Source: Desulfobacterales bacterium (GTDB lineage Bacteria > Desulfobacterota > Desulfobacteria > Desulfobacterales > UBA2174). From it: DNA of 64,000 nucleotides. Positions 39,311-50,272 of this stretch are shown piece by piece. Under the pieces are notes generated by a model. It had not been told where the DNA came from. It saw nothing but the letters and a program-made list of their open reading frames with translations, and searched no databases. The stretch spans positions 416,001 to 480,000 of the forward strand of contig CAXXWC010000001.1 of the NCBI GenBank assembly GCA_963668645.2, written 5' to 3'. Position 1 is the first letter of the stretch, and every line of letters begins with the position of its first letter. The position numbers and the translations under genes were made by a program.

Positions 39311-42300
39311 ATGAAAGCCCTGGGTATTTGCCTTGGAGCCTCCTCGGTGACCGCCGTGGGACTGGTTCGCACCGCCGAAGGCGCTTCTCTGATTATTGAG
39401 CGGCAGGTCCACGCCCACGAGGGCAACCCGCGCCAGACCCTGCTGGCCGTGCTCGAAAGCCTGGCGCCGCAAACCTATGACCACATCGCCGTCACGGGCC
39501 GCAAGTTCCGCCACTTCGTCGACCTGACCACCATCGGCGAGCCCGAGGCGGTCGAGGAAGCCTATCGGCAGGTCAAACCGCTCCACCGGGACTGCCCGGC
39601 GATTGTCTCTGCCGGCGGCGAGACCTTCATGGTCTATGTCCTGGATCGTCACGGCCGCATCGGCAACGTGGTTACCGGCAACAAATGCGCCTCGGGCACC
39701 GGCGAGTTCTTCTTGCAGCAGCTGCGGCGCATGAACGTCTCGCTTGAAGAGGCCGCCCAATGGGCCGCCGACGAGCCCCCCTACACCGTATCGGGCCGCT
39801 GTTCGGTATTTTGCAAATCCGACTGCACCCACGCCACCAACAAGGGCATACCCAAGTCCCGCGTCACCGCCGGCCTGTGCCGCATGATGGCCGACAAGAT
39901 CATGGAGCTGTTAAAGCGCGTCCCCCATCGCGACATCATGGTGGTGGGTGGCACCACTCAGAACCGGACCATGATCGACTACCTGAAAAAGGCCATCGAG
40001 GGATTGATCATCCCCGAAGAGGCGGTCTGCTTTGAGGCGATGGGTGCCGCGCTTTGGGCAATGGATCACCCCACCGCCCCCTGGCGGGGCACGGAGGCGC
40101 TCTTCCGGCCCGAGGCGGCAGCCTTCGACCGCCTCCCGCCCCTTTCCGGCGCGGCCGACCAAGTGACCTTTCGCGACCTGCCCCGAGGCCGGCTGGTGGC
40201 CGGGGATCAATACATTCTGGGCCTTGACGTCGGTTCCACCACCACCAAGGCGATCTTGCTGCGCACGAGGGACAACGCCCTGTGCGCCGATGTCTATCTG
40301 CGCACCAACGGGGATCCGGTGGGCGCCTCGCGGCGCTGCTATGCGGCCATCGCCGAGCAGATCTGCAGCCAGGTGCCAGGGGCGGTGGCGGCCGGCATTT
40401 CGATTACGGGATTGGGAGTCTGCGGTTCGGGACGCCAGATCGCCGGCCTGCACGCCATGACCGAAGGGGTGATCAACGAAATCATCGCCCACGCCACCGC
40501 GGCAGTCTACTTCGATCCCGAGGTGGACACCATCTTCGAGATCGGGGGCCAGGACGCCAAGTATACCTACATCACCAACGCGGTCCCCTCCGATTATGCC
40601 ATGAACGAGGCCTGCTCGGCCGGCACCGGCTCCTTTCTTGAAGAATCGGCCCTGGAAACCCTCGGCATTCCCATGACCGGAATCGCCGACATCGCCCTAG
40701 CCGGCCAGGCCCCGCCCAACTTCAACGACCAGTGCGCCGCTTTTATCGCCTCTGACATCAAAAATGCGGTGCACGAAGGGCTCTCTCGCCAAAATATCGT
40801 GGCCGGGCTGGTCTATTCGATCTGTATGAACTACACCAACCGCGTAAAGGGAAACCGGCCGGTAGGCGCCAAAATCTTCATGCAAGGCGGGGTCTGTTAC
40901 AACCGCGCCGTCCCCCTGGCCATGGCCACCTTGATCGGCAAGCCGATCGTGGTGCCGCCCGAGCCCGGCCTGATGGGGGCCTTTGGCGTGGCCCTGGCGG
41001 TCAAGCAACGCATCGCCGATGGACTGTTAAAACCGCAGTCGTTCGATCTGGAACAACTGGCAGCCCGCGAGGTGAACCACGGCCGCAGCTTTGCCTGTTC
41101 GGGGGGGCGCCAGAGCTGCGACCGGCGCTGCACCATCTCCCTGGTGGAAATCGATGGGCGCCGCTATCCCTTCGGGGGGGCCTGCAACCGCTATGAAAAC
41201 CTGCGCCGCCGGATCCGCCACGACACGGCCCGCCTCGATCAGGTACGCCAACGCCAGCGGCTGGTCTTCGAGGCCTTTGCGCCCCGCAGCGAACCGCCTG
41301 CCGGCGGATGGCGCGGCCGCATCGGCATCAACCGCAGCTTCCTGGTCAACAGTCTCTATCCGCTCTATGCCCACTTTTTTGCCCAATTGGGCTTCCAGAC
41401 GGTTCTTCCCGGTCAGCCGGCCGCCGAAGGCATAGACCGGTGCAACGCCCCGTTCTGCTACCCCGTCGAACTGGCCCACGGCTTCTTTCACACCTTGTTG
41501 GAAGAAACCCGGGATCTGGATTTCATTTTTCTGCCCCATCTCAAATCGGTTCCGGCTTCCGCCGCTGGCACGCCGGCCCAGCTTTGCCCCCTGGCCCAGG
41601 GTGAGACCTTTTACCTGCGCTCGGCTTTCCGCGACCGCCTCGGCAGCGCCCAAAAACTCCCCACGATACTGGCCCCGCGTCTCGAATTGACCGCAGGCTT
41701 CGAGCAGGCCGAGCCAGCACTGGTCGAAATGGCCCGTAAAATAGGGATCGACCGGCACGAAGCGCGCCGCGCCGTTTCCACGGCCATCGCCTGGCAGCGG
41801 CGTTGCCTGGCGGCCATCCGGCAAATGGGCGAGGATTTTTTAACCGCTCTGGAGCGAGAACCGTCCCAGCCGGCCGTGATCCTTTTCGGGCGCCCGTACA
41901 ACGCGTTTGCCGCCGAGGCCCACATGAGCATCCCGCATAAACTGGCCAGTCGCGGAGTTCCGGTCCTGCCCTGTGACGCCCTGCCCCTGGATAAGGAGCC
42001 GGGCAAGCGCCACATGTACTGGGGCATGGGCCAGACGATTCTCAAGGCGGCACGCTTTGTCGCCCGCCATCCCCTTCTTTTCGGCACCTACATCACCAAT
42101 TTTTCCTGCGGGCCGGACTCCTTCGTGGTGGGCTATTTCCGTTCGATCATGGGCACCAAACCCTCCCTGACCCTGGAACTGGACAGCCATACCGCCGATG
42201 CGGGAATCGATACGCGCATCGAGGCGTTCCTCGACATCGTCCAGGCCTATGTCCAAAGACAGGCCGCTGGGCAGGCAAAGACGGCCCCTGCCGGCCGTTT

Positions 42301-43639
42301 CCAGCCGGCGCGGGTGCAAAGCGGAAACGGCCGTCTGACCGTGGTGCGTTCCGACGGCACCACGGTGGCGGCCAGCGATCCGGCGGTCACCCTGCTGTTT
42401 CCATCCATGGGCCGCTTCGGCAGCGAGGGTCTGGCTGCGGTATTCAAAGGGCTTGGATTTCACGCTTTGGCCCATCCGCCAGCCGACGAAACGGTGCTCA
42501 AGCTCGGCCGGGGCCATACGAGCTGCAAGGAGTGCCTCCCGCTGATCCTGACCACCGGCACCCTGTTGAATTACCTGAAAAACGGCCGCCGCCAGGAGGA
42601 AGCCGTCCTCTATTTCATGCCCACGGGCAGTGGACCATGCCGCTTCGGACAGTATTACGTCTTCATGGAGGATCTGATCCGTCGCCTGAAGCTCGCCGAC
42701 GTGGCGATCCTCAACCCTTCCTCGGACGATTCCTACGCCGGCCTGCCAAGGTCTTTTTCCCGGCGCGCCTGGTGGGCCGTGGTGGTCTCGGACCTGATGG
42801 AAAACCTGCGCAGCCGGATCCTGGCGGCGGCCGCTGACCCCGCCACGGCTATGGCCGCTTTCGAAAGCCGATGGCAGCTGCTGCTGAAAGCACTCGAAAA
42901 GGATGACCTGGACGAAATCTGCGCCACGTGCCGCGAGGCGGCCCGCGTCATCGCCCCCTTTTGCCACCGGCCGGACAACCGCCCGGTGCCCACCATAGCC
43001 CTGACCGGGGAAATCTTCGTGCGCCGCGATTCCCTGTCGCGGCGCTATCTGATCCGCCGCCTGGCCCAACTGGGCTTTGCCACGCTCTGCGCCCCGGTGG
43101 CCGAATGGATCCACTACACCAATTTCCTGGTCGACCAGCGCCTCGACCCCTGCCGGCTCGATGCTCTGGGACGGCTGCGGCTACACCTGCGCAACCGGGT
43201 GATGGAACACGATGAAGGCCGCCTTAAAGCGGCATTCAGTCAAGACGGCCTGCCTCTCACACCGGCAGTGGACATCGGCCACATCATATCCCATGCCGCC
43301 CCCTACATCTCGGCCCATCTTACCGGCGAGGCGGTCTTGACCGTGGGCAGCGCTCTGGCCGAAATCGTCGACACGGTCTGCGGGGTAATCGCCATCGGGC
43401 CCTTCGGGTGCATGCCCAACCGGCTCTCCGAGGCCCTGCTCACTGAGGCCATGACCCGCGAGGGGAAAATAGCCGCCGGCAACGCTCCGTCCCATCTGGA
43501 CATCCTGGCCGAGATCGACCACCTGCCCTTTTTGGCCATCGAAAGCGACGGCTCGCCCTTTCCACAGCTCATCGATGCCAAACTGGAAACCTTCTGCCTG
43601 CGGGCCCGGCGGTTGCATGACCTCATCAACGGCAAATAA
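39311..43639 (+). CDS. multidomain acyl-CoA dehydratase activase (two BadF/BadG/BcrA/BcrD ATPase modules + dehydratase-like region)
   Basis: GNKCASGTG, GLDVGSTTTK, EIGGQDAK, MNEACSAGTGSF, TNFSCGPDS, GPCRFG, GPFGCMP. Confidence 0.88.
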   Translation: MKALGICLGASSVTAVGLVRTAEGASLIIERQVHAHEGNPRQTLLAVLESLAPQTYDHIAVTGRKFRHFVDLTTIGEPEAVEEAYRQVKPLHRDCPAIVSAGGETFMVYVLDRHGRIGNVVTGNKCASGTGEFFLQQLRRMNVSLEEAAQWAADEPPYTVSGRCSVFCKSDCTHATNKGIPKSRVTAGLCRMMADKIMELLKRVPHRDIMVVGGTTQNRTMIDYLKKAIEGLIIPEEAVCFEAMGAALWAMDHPTAPWRGTEALFRPEAAAFDRLPPLSGAADQVTFRDLPRGRLVAGDQYILGLDVGSTTTKAILLRTRDNALCADVYLRTNGDPVGASRRCYAAIAEQICSQVPGAVAAGISITGLGVCGSGRQIAGLHAMTEGVINEIIAHATAAVYFDPEVDTIFEIGGQDAKYTYITNAVPSDYAMNEACSAGTGSFLEESALETLGIPMTGIADIALAGQAPPNFNDQCAAFIASDIKNAVHEGLSRQNIVAGLVYSICMNYTNRVKGNRPVGAKIFMQGGVCYNRAVPLAMATLIGKPIVVPPEPGLMGAFGVALAVKQRIADGLLKPQSFDLEQLAAREVNHGRSFACSGGRQSCDRRCTISLVEIDGRRYPFGGACNRYENLRRRIRHDTARLDQVRQRQRLVFEAFAPRSEPPAGGWRGRIGINRSFLVNSLYPLYAHFFAQLGFQTVLPGQPAAEGIDRCNAPFCYPVELAHGFFHTLLEETRDLDFIFLPHLKSVPASAAGTPAQLCPLAQGETFYLRSAFRDRLGSAQKLPTILAPRLELTAGFEQAEPALVEMARKIGIDRHEARRAVSTAIAWQRRCLAAIRQMGEDFLTALEREPSQPAVILFGRPYNAFAAEAHMSIPHKLASRGVPVLPCDALPLDKEPGKRHMYWGMGQTILKAARFVARHPLLFGTYITNFSCGPDSFVVGYFRSIMGTKPSLTLELDSHTADAGIDTRIEAFLDIVQAYVQRQAAGQAKTAPAGRFQPARVQSGNGRLTVVRSDGTTVAASDPAVTLLFPSMGRFGSEGLAAVFKGLGFHALAHPPADETVLKLGRGHTSCKECLPLILTTGTLLNYLKNGRRQEEAVLYFMPTGSGPCRFGQYYVFMEDLIRRLKLADVAILNPSSDDSYAGLPRSFSRRAWWAVVVSDLMENLRSRILAAAADPATAMAAFESRWQLLLKALEKDDLDEICATCREAARVIAPFCHRPDNRPVPTIALTGEIFVRRDSLSRRYLIRRLAQLGFATLCAPVAEWIHYTNFLVDQRLDPCRLDALGRLRLHLRNRVMEHDEGRLKAAFSQDGLPLTPAVDIGHIISHAAPYISAHLTGEAVLTVGSALAEIVDTVCGVIAIGPFGCMPNRLSEALLTEAMTREGKIAAGNAPSHLDILAEIDHLPFLAIESDGSPFPQLIDAKLETFCLRARRLHDLINGK

Positions 43640-43772
43640 AGCCGATCTATAAATACTGCTTGCCGTCTCAGCGCAAAGGGTGCCGCGTGGCATCCGGTTG
43701 ACATGAAGAGGTGTTTCCTATTAGGAGGCTTCCAAGGCATGCCGGCAATGCCCCAACAAGCCGGAGACAAAA

Positions 43773-44483
43773 ATGGAAAAAAAACCGAGCCCCCTCTCTT
43801 TTCACCCCCTGCGCGTTCTGGTGGTCGAGGACGACCCGCATATCGCCGCCAACATCGGTGATTTTCTCGAAGACAGGGGGCATGTGGTCGACTTCGCCAT
43901 GGATGGGATATCCGGGCTGCACCTGGCGGTCACGCAACCGGTGGACGTGATCGTTCTGGATATCCTGCTGCCGGGCATTGACGGCATCACCCTCTGCCGC
44001 CGATTCCGTGACGACAGCGAAAAAACGACCCCGATATTGATGCTCACGGCCAAAGACACCCTCGAGGACAAGCTGGAAGGCTTCGATGCCGGAGCGGACG
44101 ACTACCTGATCAAGCCGTTTGCCCTCGAGGAACTGGAAGCCCGCCTGCAAGCGCTCATCCGGCGCTCGGCATCCAACTTGTCGCGCATCATCACGGTCGG
44201 CCCGATAACGGTAGATACGGGACAGCGAAGTGTGACCCAGGCAGGGACCCCGATCCGGCTGAACCGGACATGTTACCGGATCCTCGTTGAACTAATGCGG
44301 GCAGCCCCGGACGTTGTGACGCGCGATGATCTCGAGCACCTGCTTTGGAGTGACCGGAGACCGGCAAGCGATGTTTTGCGTAGCCACATTTACGACCTTC
44401 GCAGGGCGTTGGACGTCTCGGGGAAAAACTCGTTGATCGAAACCGTCGTCGGTGTCGGGTTCAGGATGAAATCCGTAGAATGA
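43773..44483 (+). CDS. OmpR-family response regulator, ColR-like
   Basis: VVEDD.HIAANIGDFLEDRGH.VDFA.DG..GLHLA, LDILLPG, GADDYLIKPF, SD.LRSHIY.LR. Confidence 0.92.
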   Translation: MEKKPSPLSFHPLRVLVVEDDPHIAANIGDFLEDRGHVVDFAMDGISGLHLAVTQPVDVIVLDILLPGIDGITLCRRFRDDSEKTTPILMLTAKDTLEDKLEGFDAGADDYLIKPFALEELEARLQALIRRSASNLSRIITVGPITVDTGQRSVTQAGTPIRLNRTCYRILVELMRAAPDVVTRDDLEHLLWSDRRPASDVLRSHIYDLRRALDVSGKNSLIETVVGVGFRMKSVE

Positions 44484-45727
44484 AAGCCCCCGGCAAACTG
44501 CGATCGCGCATCGTCCTCTATTTTTGCGGCTACCTGGCCATACTGCTGGCGGTCTATACGGCGGCCCTGTCCGGAATGCTCAAGTTGTCAGAAGACCTGG
44601 CCTTCAATCGGCAAATCGCGGAGATTGCCGCCAGAATCGCACGGCACCTGGAAGAACATGGAAAGATCCCCGCTTCTTTGCCCATGCATGTTTCCGCCTA
44701 TCCGGATCTTTCGCAGGTGCCTGCGCGGCTGCAGCGCTTCGTGGCCGGCCACGGGCCGGGGGTCTTCGAAATCAACGCGGATCGTCTCGACTACCACGCC
44801 GCACTCGTACCGAACCTTTCCACAGGCCGGATGCTCTACGTGTTTTATGATGTGGCCTCGATCGAATCGACCGAACGCTTTCAATCCTTTATGACGTTTG
44901 CCCTGGGCGGTATAGGGCTTGGCGTGCTGGCGATGGGCTGGCTCCTTTCCAGGGCCCTGGCCAATCGCATCCTCAACCCCGTTTCCGAACTGGCGCGAGA
45001 GGTGCAATCGCTTTCGCCGGATGCGGGTCCGGTTGCGTTGCAGACCGCCATCACGCCGGATGAAATCGGCACCCTGGCATCCACCATCAGCCAGCTTTTG
45101 GGGCGCATCGCGGAATTTACGCGCCGCGAACGCGAGTTTACCGCCCATGCCAGCCATGAGCTACGCACCCCGGTCACCGTCATCAAGGGGGCGGTCGAGC
45201 TTCTCAAAAGCCGAAGCGATGCAAACGACGCCCGGATCCAGCGCCCCCTGGCGCGCATCGAGCACGCCGGCAAAGACATGGAGATGCTTATCGATACATT
45301 TCTATTGCTGGCCCGCGAGGGGCAAACCCCGCCAAGCGATGCAACCTGCCATCTGCCAACCATCGTCCAAGAGGTTGTGGCCGCCTATCGGCACCTGTTA
45401 GAGACCAAGCCGGTAGCCGTAACCGTGCACACGGAACACGGGGGCCTGCTGCCCGTCCCCTGCTCCCTGGTGACCATCGCCCTGGGTAATCTGGTGCGCA
45501 ATGCCTTCCAATGTACGCTGCAAGGAAAGGTGGAAATCCAGGCCTTCTGCGACCGTGTAAGCGTCTGCGACAGCGGTCCGGGGTTCGATTCCTCACGCAG
45601 GGGGACAGGGATCGGACTGACCATCGTAGAGCGCCTGAGCGAGCGGATGAACTGGCGCTTTGTCATCACCGGCGCATCGGGCGAGGGGACCCGGGCGGAA
45701 TTGATTTTCACCTCCCAGGACACCTGA
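44480..45727 (+). CDS. HAMP sensor histidine kinase, ColS-like
   Basis: Two TM segments, HAMP, REREFT..ASHELRTP, NLVRNA, DSGPG, GIGL; ATGA overlap with the regulator. Confidence 0.92.
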   Translation: MKAPGKLRSRIVLYFCGYLAILLAVYTAALSGMLKLSEDLAFNRQIAEIAARIARHLEEHGKIPASLPMHVSAYPDLSQVPARLQRFVAGHGPGVFEINADRLDYHAALVPNLSTGRMLYVFYDVASIESTERFQSFMTFALGGIGLGVLAMGWLLSRALANRILNPVSELAREVQSLSPDAGPVALQTAITPDEIGTLASTISQLLGRIAEFTRREREFTAHASHELRTPVTVIKGAVELLKSRSDANDARIQRPLARIEHAGKDMEMLIDTFLLLAREGQTPPSDATCHLPTIVQEVVAAYRHLLETKPVAVTVHTEHGGLLPVPCSLVTIALGNLVRNAFQCTLQGKVEIQAFCDRVSVCDSGPGFDSSRRGTGIGLTIVERLSERMNWRFVITGASGEGTRAELIFTSQDT

Positions 45728-46040
45728 AAGAAGCCCGGCGGCCGAACGGCGGGCCGAACCCGGCATGCCCCCATCTCCTTTGTATTATCGGTTGTTGCAG
45801 GGAATTTTCAGGGCCATGGCAGGCCGTTTGAACCCAGAATCCAAGAGATGGATGCAGACCAATCGTCGCCCAGGCTCAGGGCACAGCAGCAGTCGAGCCA
45901 CAGGACAGCGACCGCGCAACCGAGGAGGATTTTCTCGACCGGGGACATCCGTGCCGAGTCCGTATGGCAGCCGGATCCGGCAGCGGGCCGGCCCGGAGGG
46001 GCAAGTTGCGCCTGTGGCGCGGCAATGCCGCTGGCCGGAA

Positions 46041-49000
46041 TCAACACGCCTCACCTCTCGTGCGGCACACCCACAGCAGGGCCGGCATCAGAACCAGCGT
46101 AATCCCGGTCCCGCAGGCGAGGCCGAAGCTGATCGATACCACCGCGGGAATCAAAAACTGCGCCTGCTCGGATCTTTCCAGCAGCAGCGGCAGCAGGCCG
46201 CAGCAGGTGGTCAGCGACGTAAGCAAAATGGGACGGAAGCGCTGGCAGGCGGCCTCCACGATCGCCCCCCGATGATCGGCGCCCTGACCGCGGTGCCGAT
46301 TGTAGGTGGTGACCAGTACCAGTGAGTCGTTCACCACCACCCCGGAAGTCACGATGATGCCAAGCATCGAGACGATGGACAGATCGTAGCCCAGCAGGAT
46401 ATGCCCCCAGACCGCCCCGATGAGGCTAAACGGAACGACGGCCAGGACGAGCAGCGGCTGAATATAGGAATTGTAATGCAGGCCCAGGAGCAGATACAAG
46501 GCGCCCAGAACGATCAAAAAGCCTTTTCCCAGGGCGGTGAGCACTTCGTCGACCTCCTCTTGCTCACCGCCAAGGCCCACCGACACCCCCGGAAACTCGG
46601 CGGCGATCACAGGCAGGATCTCTTTTTCCAAGGCCTCTTCCACCGCATCGTCGTCAATCCCGATCGATATGTCGGCGCTAACAGGATAGATGCGCTTGCC
46701 GCTACGCCGGGCAAGGCCGGTGAATGAACGGGTCGGGGTAATATCGGCCACTTGCGTCAGCGGAACCAGATGTCCGGAGGGGCTCTTGAGCAAAATCGCC
46801 TCCAGCGTGCTGCGTTGCTGGCGCTCTTTTTCCGTCAGGCGGACCATCACCTTGACCTCGTTGCCGTCGCGCACCAGCCGGAGGGCTTCCGCGCCGTAGT
46901 AACGATGCCGGACCTGGGTTGCCACATCCTGCGCCGTAAGACCCAGGAGCAATCCACCGGCCTTCAGGGTCAGTTTCAACTCCGGCTTGCCGTAGCGGAT
47001 GCCGTCATCGACCGAGGTCAGCCCGGGGCAGTTGCGCAGGCGTTCTCCCAGCCGCAGCGCGGCCTCACGGGCCACCGCCCCGTCCGGATGGAAGACTTCC
47101 AGTCGTAGCGGTTCACCGCCGGTCACTTTCGTCTCTCCGGTGAAGTGTAGCGCTTCCAGCTCGCCCGGATCGCCGAAGGCATCTTGCCAGGCACGGGCGA
47201 AGGCGCGCCCCGGCAGGGTGCGCCCCTCTTGCGGCGGCAGGGCCATCAGCACCGAAATATAGTGCGATCCGGTCAGCGTCTCCACCTCGACCTCCCCCTC
47301 CTCCAACCGCGTACCGATCAGCGAGAAAATCCCCGGCGACGCCATCCGGTGGTCTTGCAGCACGCGTTCGGCCGTCTCGACCAGGGCCTGCTGGACGGCG
47401 ATCGATTGCTGCCTGGGTGTCCCATAGGGCAACGTGGCCTGGGCGATGACGGTATCGGACTCGATGGTGGGGACAAAATCAAAACCGAGCAGGCCGCCGC
47501 CAATCCCCCCCGAGGTGACAAGCAGCAGTGACATGGCGGCGGCAAACAGGACGGCGGGCCGATTCAGGCAGGCCTGGATCAAGCGACGGAACGCCCCCTG
47601 GATGAACCGCTCCAGCCTGGCATTGATCGCCCGTTGCGGGCGCGCGAGCCATCGCAGCCACGCGCGCTCCGGGCGGTCCCGGGCCAGGTGAGCGGCCAGG
47701 ATGAACATCGATTCCACCAGCGACACCGAGAGCACCGCCACCATCACAGCCGGAATCTGCCGGAAGACGTCCCCCATCGCGCCGGGAACGAAAAACAACG
47801 GCATAAAGGCGATCATGGTGGTGGATGTGGCCAGCAGGATCGGACCGCCCATCTCCTGCAGGCCTTTCACGGCCGCCCGAAGAGGATCGAGACCCTTGGC
47901 GCGCTGGACGAAGATGGCCTCGCCCATCATGATGGCGTCGTCCACCACCACGCCGATGGTCACGATGAAGGCAAACAGCGAGATCATGTTCACCGAGGCG
48001 TCGAAGAGGGGCAGCAGCAGTAGCCCGCCGAGCAGGGCGGTGGGAATACCCATCATCACCCAGAAGGCGAGCTGCGGCGTGAGAAACAGCCCCAGCGTCA
48101 CCAGCACCAGTACCAATCCGGCCAAGGCATTGTCGATCAGCAGCGCCATGCGGCGATGATAGGCTTCGGCCTCGTTTTCGAATACGACCATCCCAACCCC
48201 CGGGTAGCGCTGCCGGGCGAATGTGTCGAGATATCCCCGGACCGCCGCACCGACCGAAATCGGCGTCTCATCGCCCACGGCGAAAACGTCGATCTGAACC
48301 GCGGGTTGGCCGTTGAACCAGGTTTCGATGGCCGAGGGGCCGAAGCTGTCCTGCAACGAGGCGATATCGCTCAGTCTGACGGGGATGCCCGCCGACGTCC
48401 GGGCAACCACGATACCGGCGAAACCATCCGCCCATTCCCGGCGTTCGGCGGTGCGCAGTGCGATATCGCTACGCGGGTCAAAGAGTGTGCCGCCTGCCAT
48501 GTCCAGTGCGTTTTCCCGGATTTGGGCGGCCACATCTTCCAGTGAGAGTCCGTATCGGCGCAGCGTGTCCGTAGCAATCTCGATCGCAATCTCAGGCTCG
48601 CGCGGGAAGGCCAAGGCCACTTTGGTCAACCCCACCCGGATGCGCAGATCGTCGCGTACCGCCTCGGCCGTCTGCTGGAGCCACAGCAGCGGCTGGTCGC
48701 CGTACACGACGATGGACAGCGCTTTTTCGGTCACGGCGGGAACGGTAACGGCCGGCACCTCGGCATCTTGCGGCAGGGTCGGGATGCGGTCCACCGCTTG
48801 CTTGATGTCGCCGAGTACCTGTTGCAGCTCGGCACCCTCCAATAGGGTGACGGTGACGACACCGATTCCTTCACGTGCCTCGGCGTCGATCCGTTTAATC
48901 TGGTCGAGCCCGCCGACAGCGTTTTCGAGCGGAACCAGGATGGCGGTCTCGATCTCCTCAGGGGAGGCACCGGGTAGTTCGACCGACACCTCGACCCTGC

Positions 49001-49130
49001 GCTCTTTTTGATCGGGCATCAGCTCCTGCCGGATGGTAGCGGCGCTAAGCAGCCCCCCCACCAGGAAAATCCCCATCAGGGCGTTGGCAAACACCCGCCG
49101 TTGCAGCAGTGCATAAAGGAACGTATTCAT
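46041..49130 (-). CDS. RND efflux transporter permease (AcrB-like)
   Basis: GASPEEIE, IGVVVDDAI, GVVVNDSLVL, RFRPILLTSLTT. Confidence 0.95.
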   Translation of the reverse strand: MNTFLYALLQRRVFANALMGIFLVGGLLSAATIRQELMPDQKERRVEVSVELPGASPEEIETAILVPLENAVGGLDQIKRIDAEAREGIGVVTVTLLEGAELQQVLGDIKQAVDRIPTLPQDAEVPAVTVPAVTEKALSIVVYGDQPLLWLQQTAEAVRDDLRIRVGLTKVALAFPREPEIAIEIATDTLRRYGLSLEDVAAQIRENALDMAGGTLFDPRSDIALRTAERREWADGFAGIVVARTSAGIPVRLSDIASLQDSFGPSAIETWFNGQPAVQIDVFAVGDETPISVGAAVRGYLDTFARQRYPGVGMVVFENEAEAYHRRMALLIDNALAGLVLVLVTLGLFLTPQLAFWVMMGIPTALLGGLLLLPLFDASVNMISLFAFIVTIGVVVDDAIMMGEAIFVQRAKGLDPLRAAVKGLQEMGGPILLATSTTMIAFMPLFFVPGAMGDVFRQIPAVMVAVLSVSLVESMFILAAHLARDRPERAWLRWLARPQRAINARLERFIQGAFRRLIQACLNRPAVLFAAAMSLLLVTSGGIGGGLLGFDFVPTIESDTVIAQATLPYGTPRQQSIAVQQALVETAERVLQDHRMASPGIFSLIGTRLEEGEVEVETLTGSHYISVLMALPPQEGRTLPGRAFARAWQDAFGDPGELEALHFTGETKVTGGEPLRLEVFHPDGAVAREAALRLGERLRNCPGLTSVDDGIRYGKPELKLTLKAGGLLLGLTAQDVATQVRHRYYGAEALRLVRDGNEVKVMVRLTEKERQQRSTLEAILLKSPSGHLVPLTQVADITPTRSFTGLARRSGKRIYPVSADISIGIDDDAVEEALEKEILPVIAAEFPGVSVGLGGEQEEVDEVLTALGKGFLIVLGALYLLLGLHYNSYIQPLLVLAVVPFSLIGAVWGHILLGYDLSIVSMLGIIVTSGVVVNDSLVLVTTYNRHRGQGADHRGAIVEAACQRFRPILLTSLTTCCGLLPLLLERSEQAQFLIPAVVSISFGLACGTGITLVLMPALLWVCRTRGEAC

Positions 49131-50272
49131 TTACCGCGCACTTTCTTGCCGGTCCTGTCCGCCGGAGCCGGCACGATCGGCGGCGTGCGGCGCAGGTCCA
49201 TTCCCTGCAACGGGCAGGCAATGTGCGAAAGGATGACCTCCTCGTTGCCCGCAATCCCCTCGCCGATAACGGCGTTGTCCATATCCTGGGCAAGAATTGT
49301 CACCGCTCGGATTTCCAGCTTCCGGTCCGGACTGAAGACCCAGACGGTGCTCCCGGAGCGCAGCGCCTCCTTCGGGACCACCGTCACGTTGCGGAAAAAC
49401 GGGCCGTGCAACGTCAGCTTGGCATAGGCGCCCAGGGGCACCTGCACGCCGCACAATTCCACCAGCGCCTGTTTCTGCCGGGTTTCCAGGTCGATCCCGG
49501 GCAGTACGGCCTTGACAACGCCTTGGTACCGCTTCGAACCGATCTCGACCGCCGCCCCGCTCCCCGGATCGAGGAGATACTCGGGTGAGAACAGAGCCAG
49601 GATGCGATAGCCATCCGTGCAGGCGAGCCGGGCGACCATGGTCCCCTTTTCCAGCACCTGCCCCCTGGCGAGATCCTCGGTGAGAATCACACCGCGGCAC
49701 GGCGCCGCAATGCGTGTCCGTTCCACATCCAGGGCGGCCCGAGCCTGCCGTGCAGATGCCATTCGCACGGCGGCCTGCTGCGCTTTGTGCTGCGGGGCGC
49801 GCAACACCAGGGCATTGTCCCGGTCCTCCGGCCAACCGCTGTCCACCAGCCATTGCCATTCCGTCCTGGCAATGGTCTGCCGCCCCTTTTCAATCGCCAG
49901 CGCCTGTCTGGCCTGCTCGGTTGCGGCCACCGCTTCGGCCAGCGTGTTGCGATAGTCCCGCGCGTCGATGGCGAACAGCAGCTCGCCCTGCACCACTGGG
50001 GCGCCACTGAATATATGGTCCGGCACCTCGACGACCCTTCCCGGCACCTCCGGCCGGATGTCGATGGTTTCGCGCGGCGCGACGAATCCCCACGCCGCAA
50101 CCCGGACCTGATAGTCGCTCGGCCGGACCCGTAGCGTTTCCACGGACAATGCCTGTATGCCGGCAGCCACAAGCGGCGTTCGCTCTTCCCGGGCCATCAG
50201 CAGCGCCGTTGCCGCACATCCGGCCAGCACGATCAAAACGGCATGCCAGGCTCCCTTTTTAGAACGCTTCAC
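49127..50272 (-). CDS. RND periplasmic adaptor (membrane fusion protein)
   Basis: PEVPGRV, alpha-hairpin, ERTRIAAP..G, VP..AL. Confidence 0.92.
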   Translation of the reverse strand: MKRSKKGAWHAVLIVLAGCAATALLMAREERTPLVAAGIQALSVETLRVRPSDYQVRVAAWGFVAPRETIDIRPEVPGRVVEVPDHIFSGAPVVQGELLFAIDARDYRNTLAEAVAATEQARQALAIEKGRQTIARTEWQWLVDSGWPEDRDNALVLRAPQHKAQQAAVRMASARQARAALDVERTRIAAPCRGVILTEDLARGQVLEKGTMVARLACTDGYRILALFSPEYLLDPGSGAAVEIGSKRYQGVVKAVLPGIDLETRQKQALVELCGVQVPLGAYAKLTLHGPFFRNVTVVPKEALRSGSTVWVFSPDRKLEIRAVTILAQDMDNAVIGEGIAGNEEVILSHIACPLQGMDLRRTPPIVPAPADRTGKKVRGK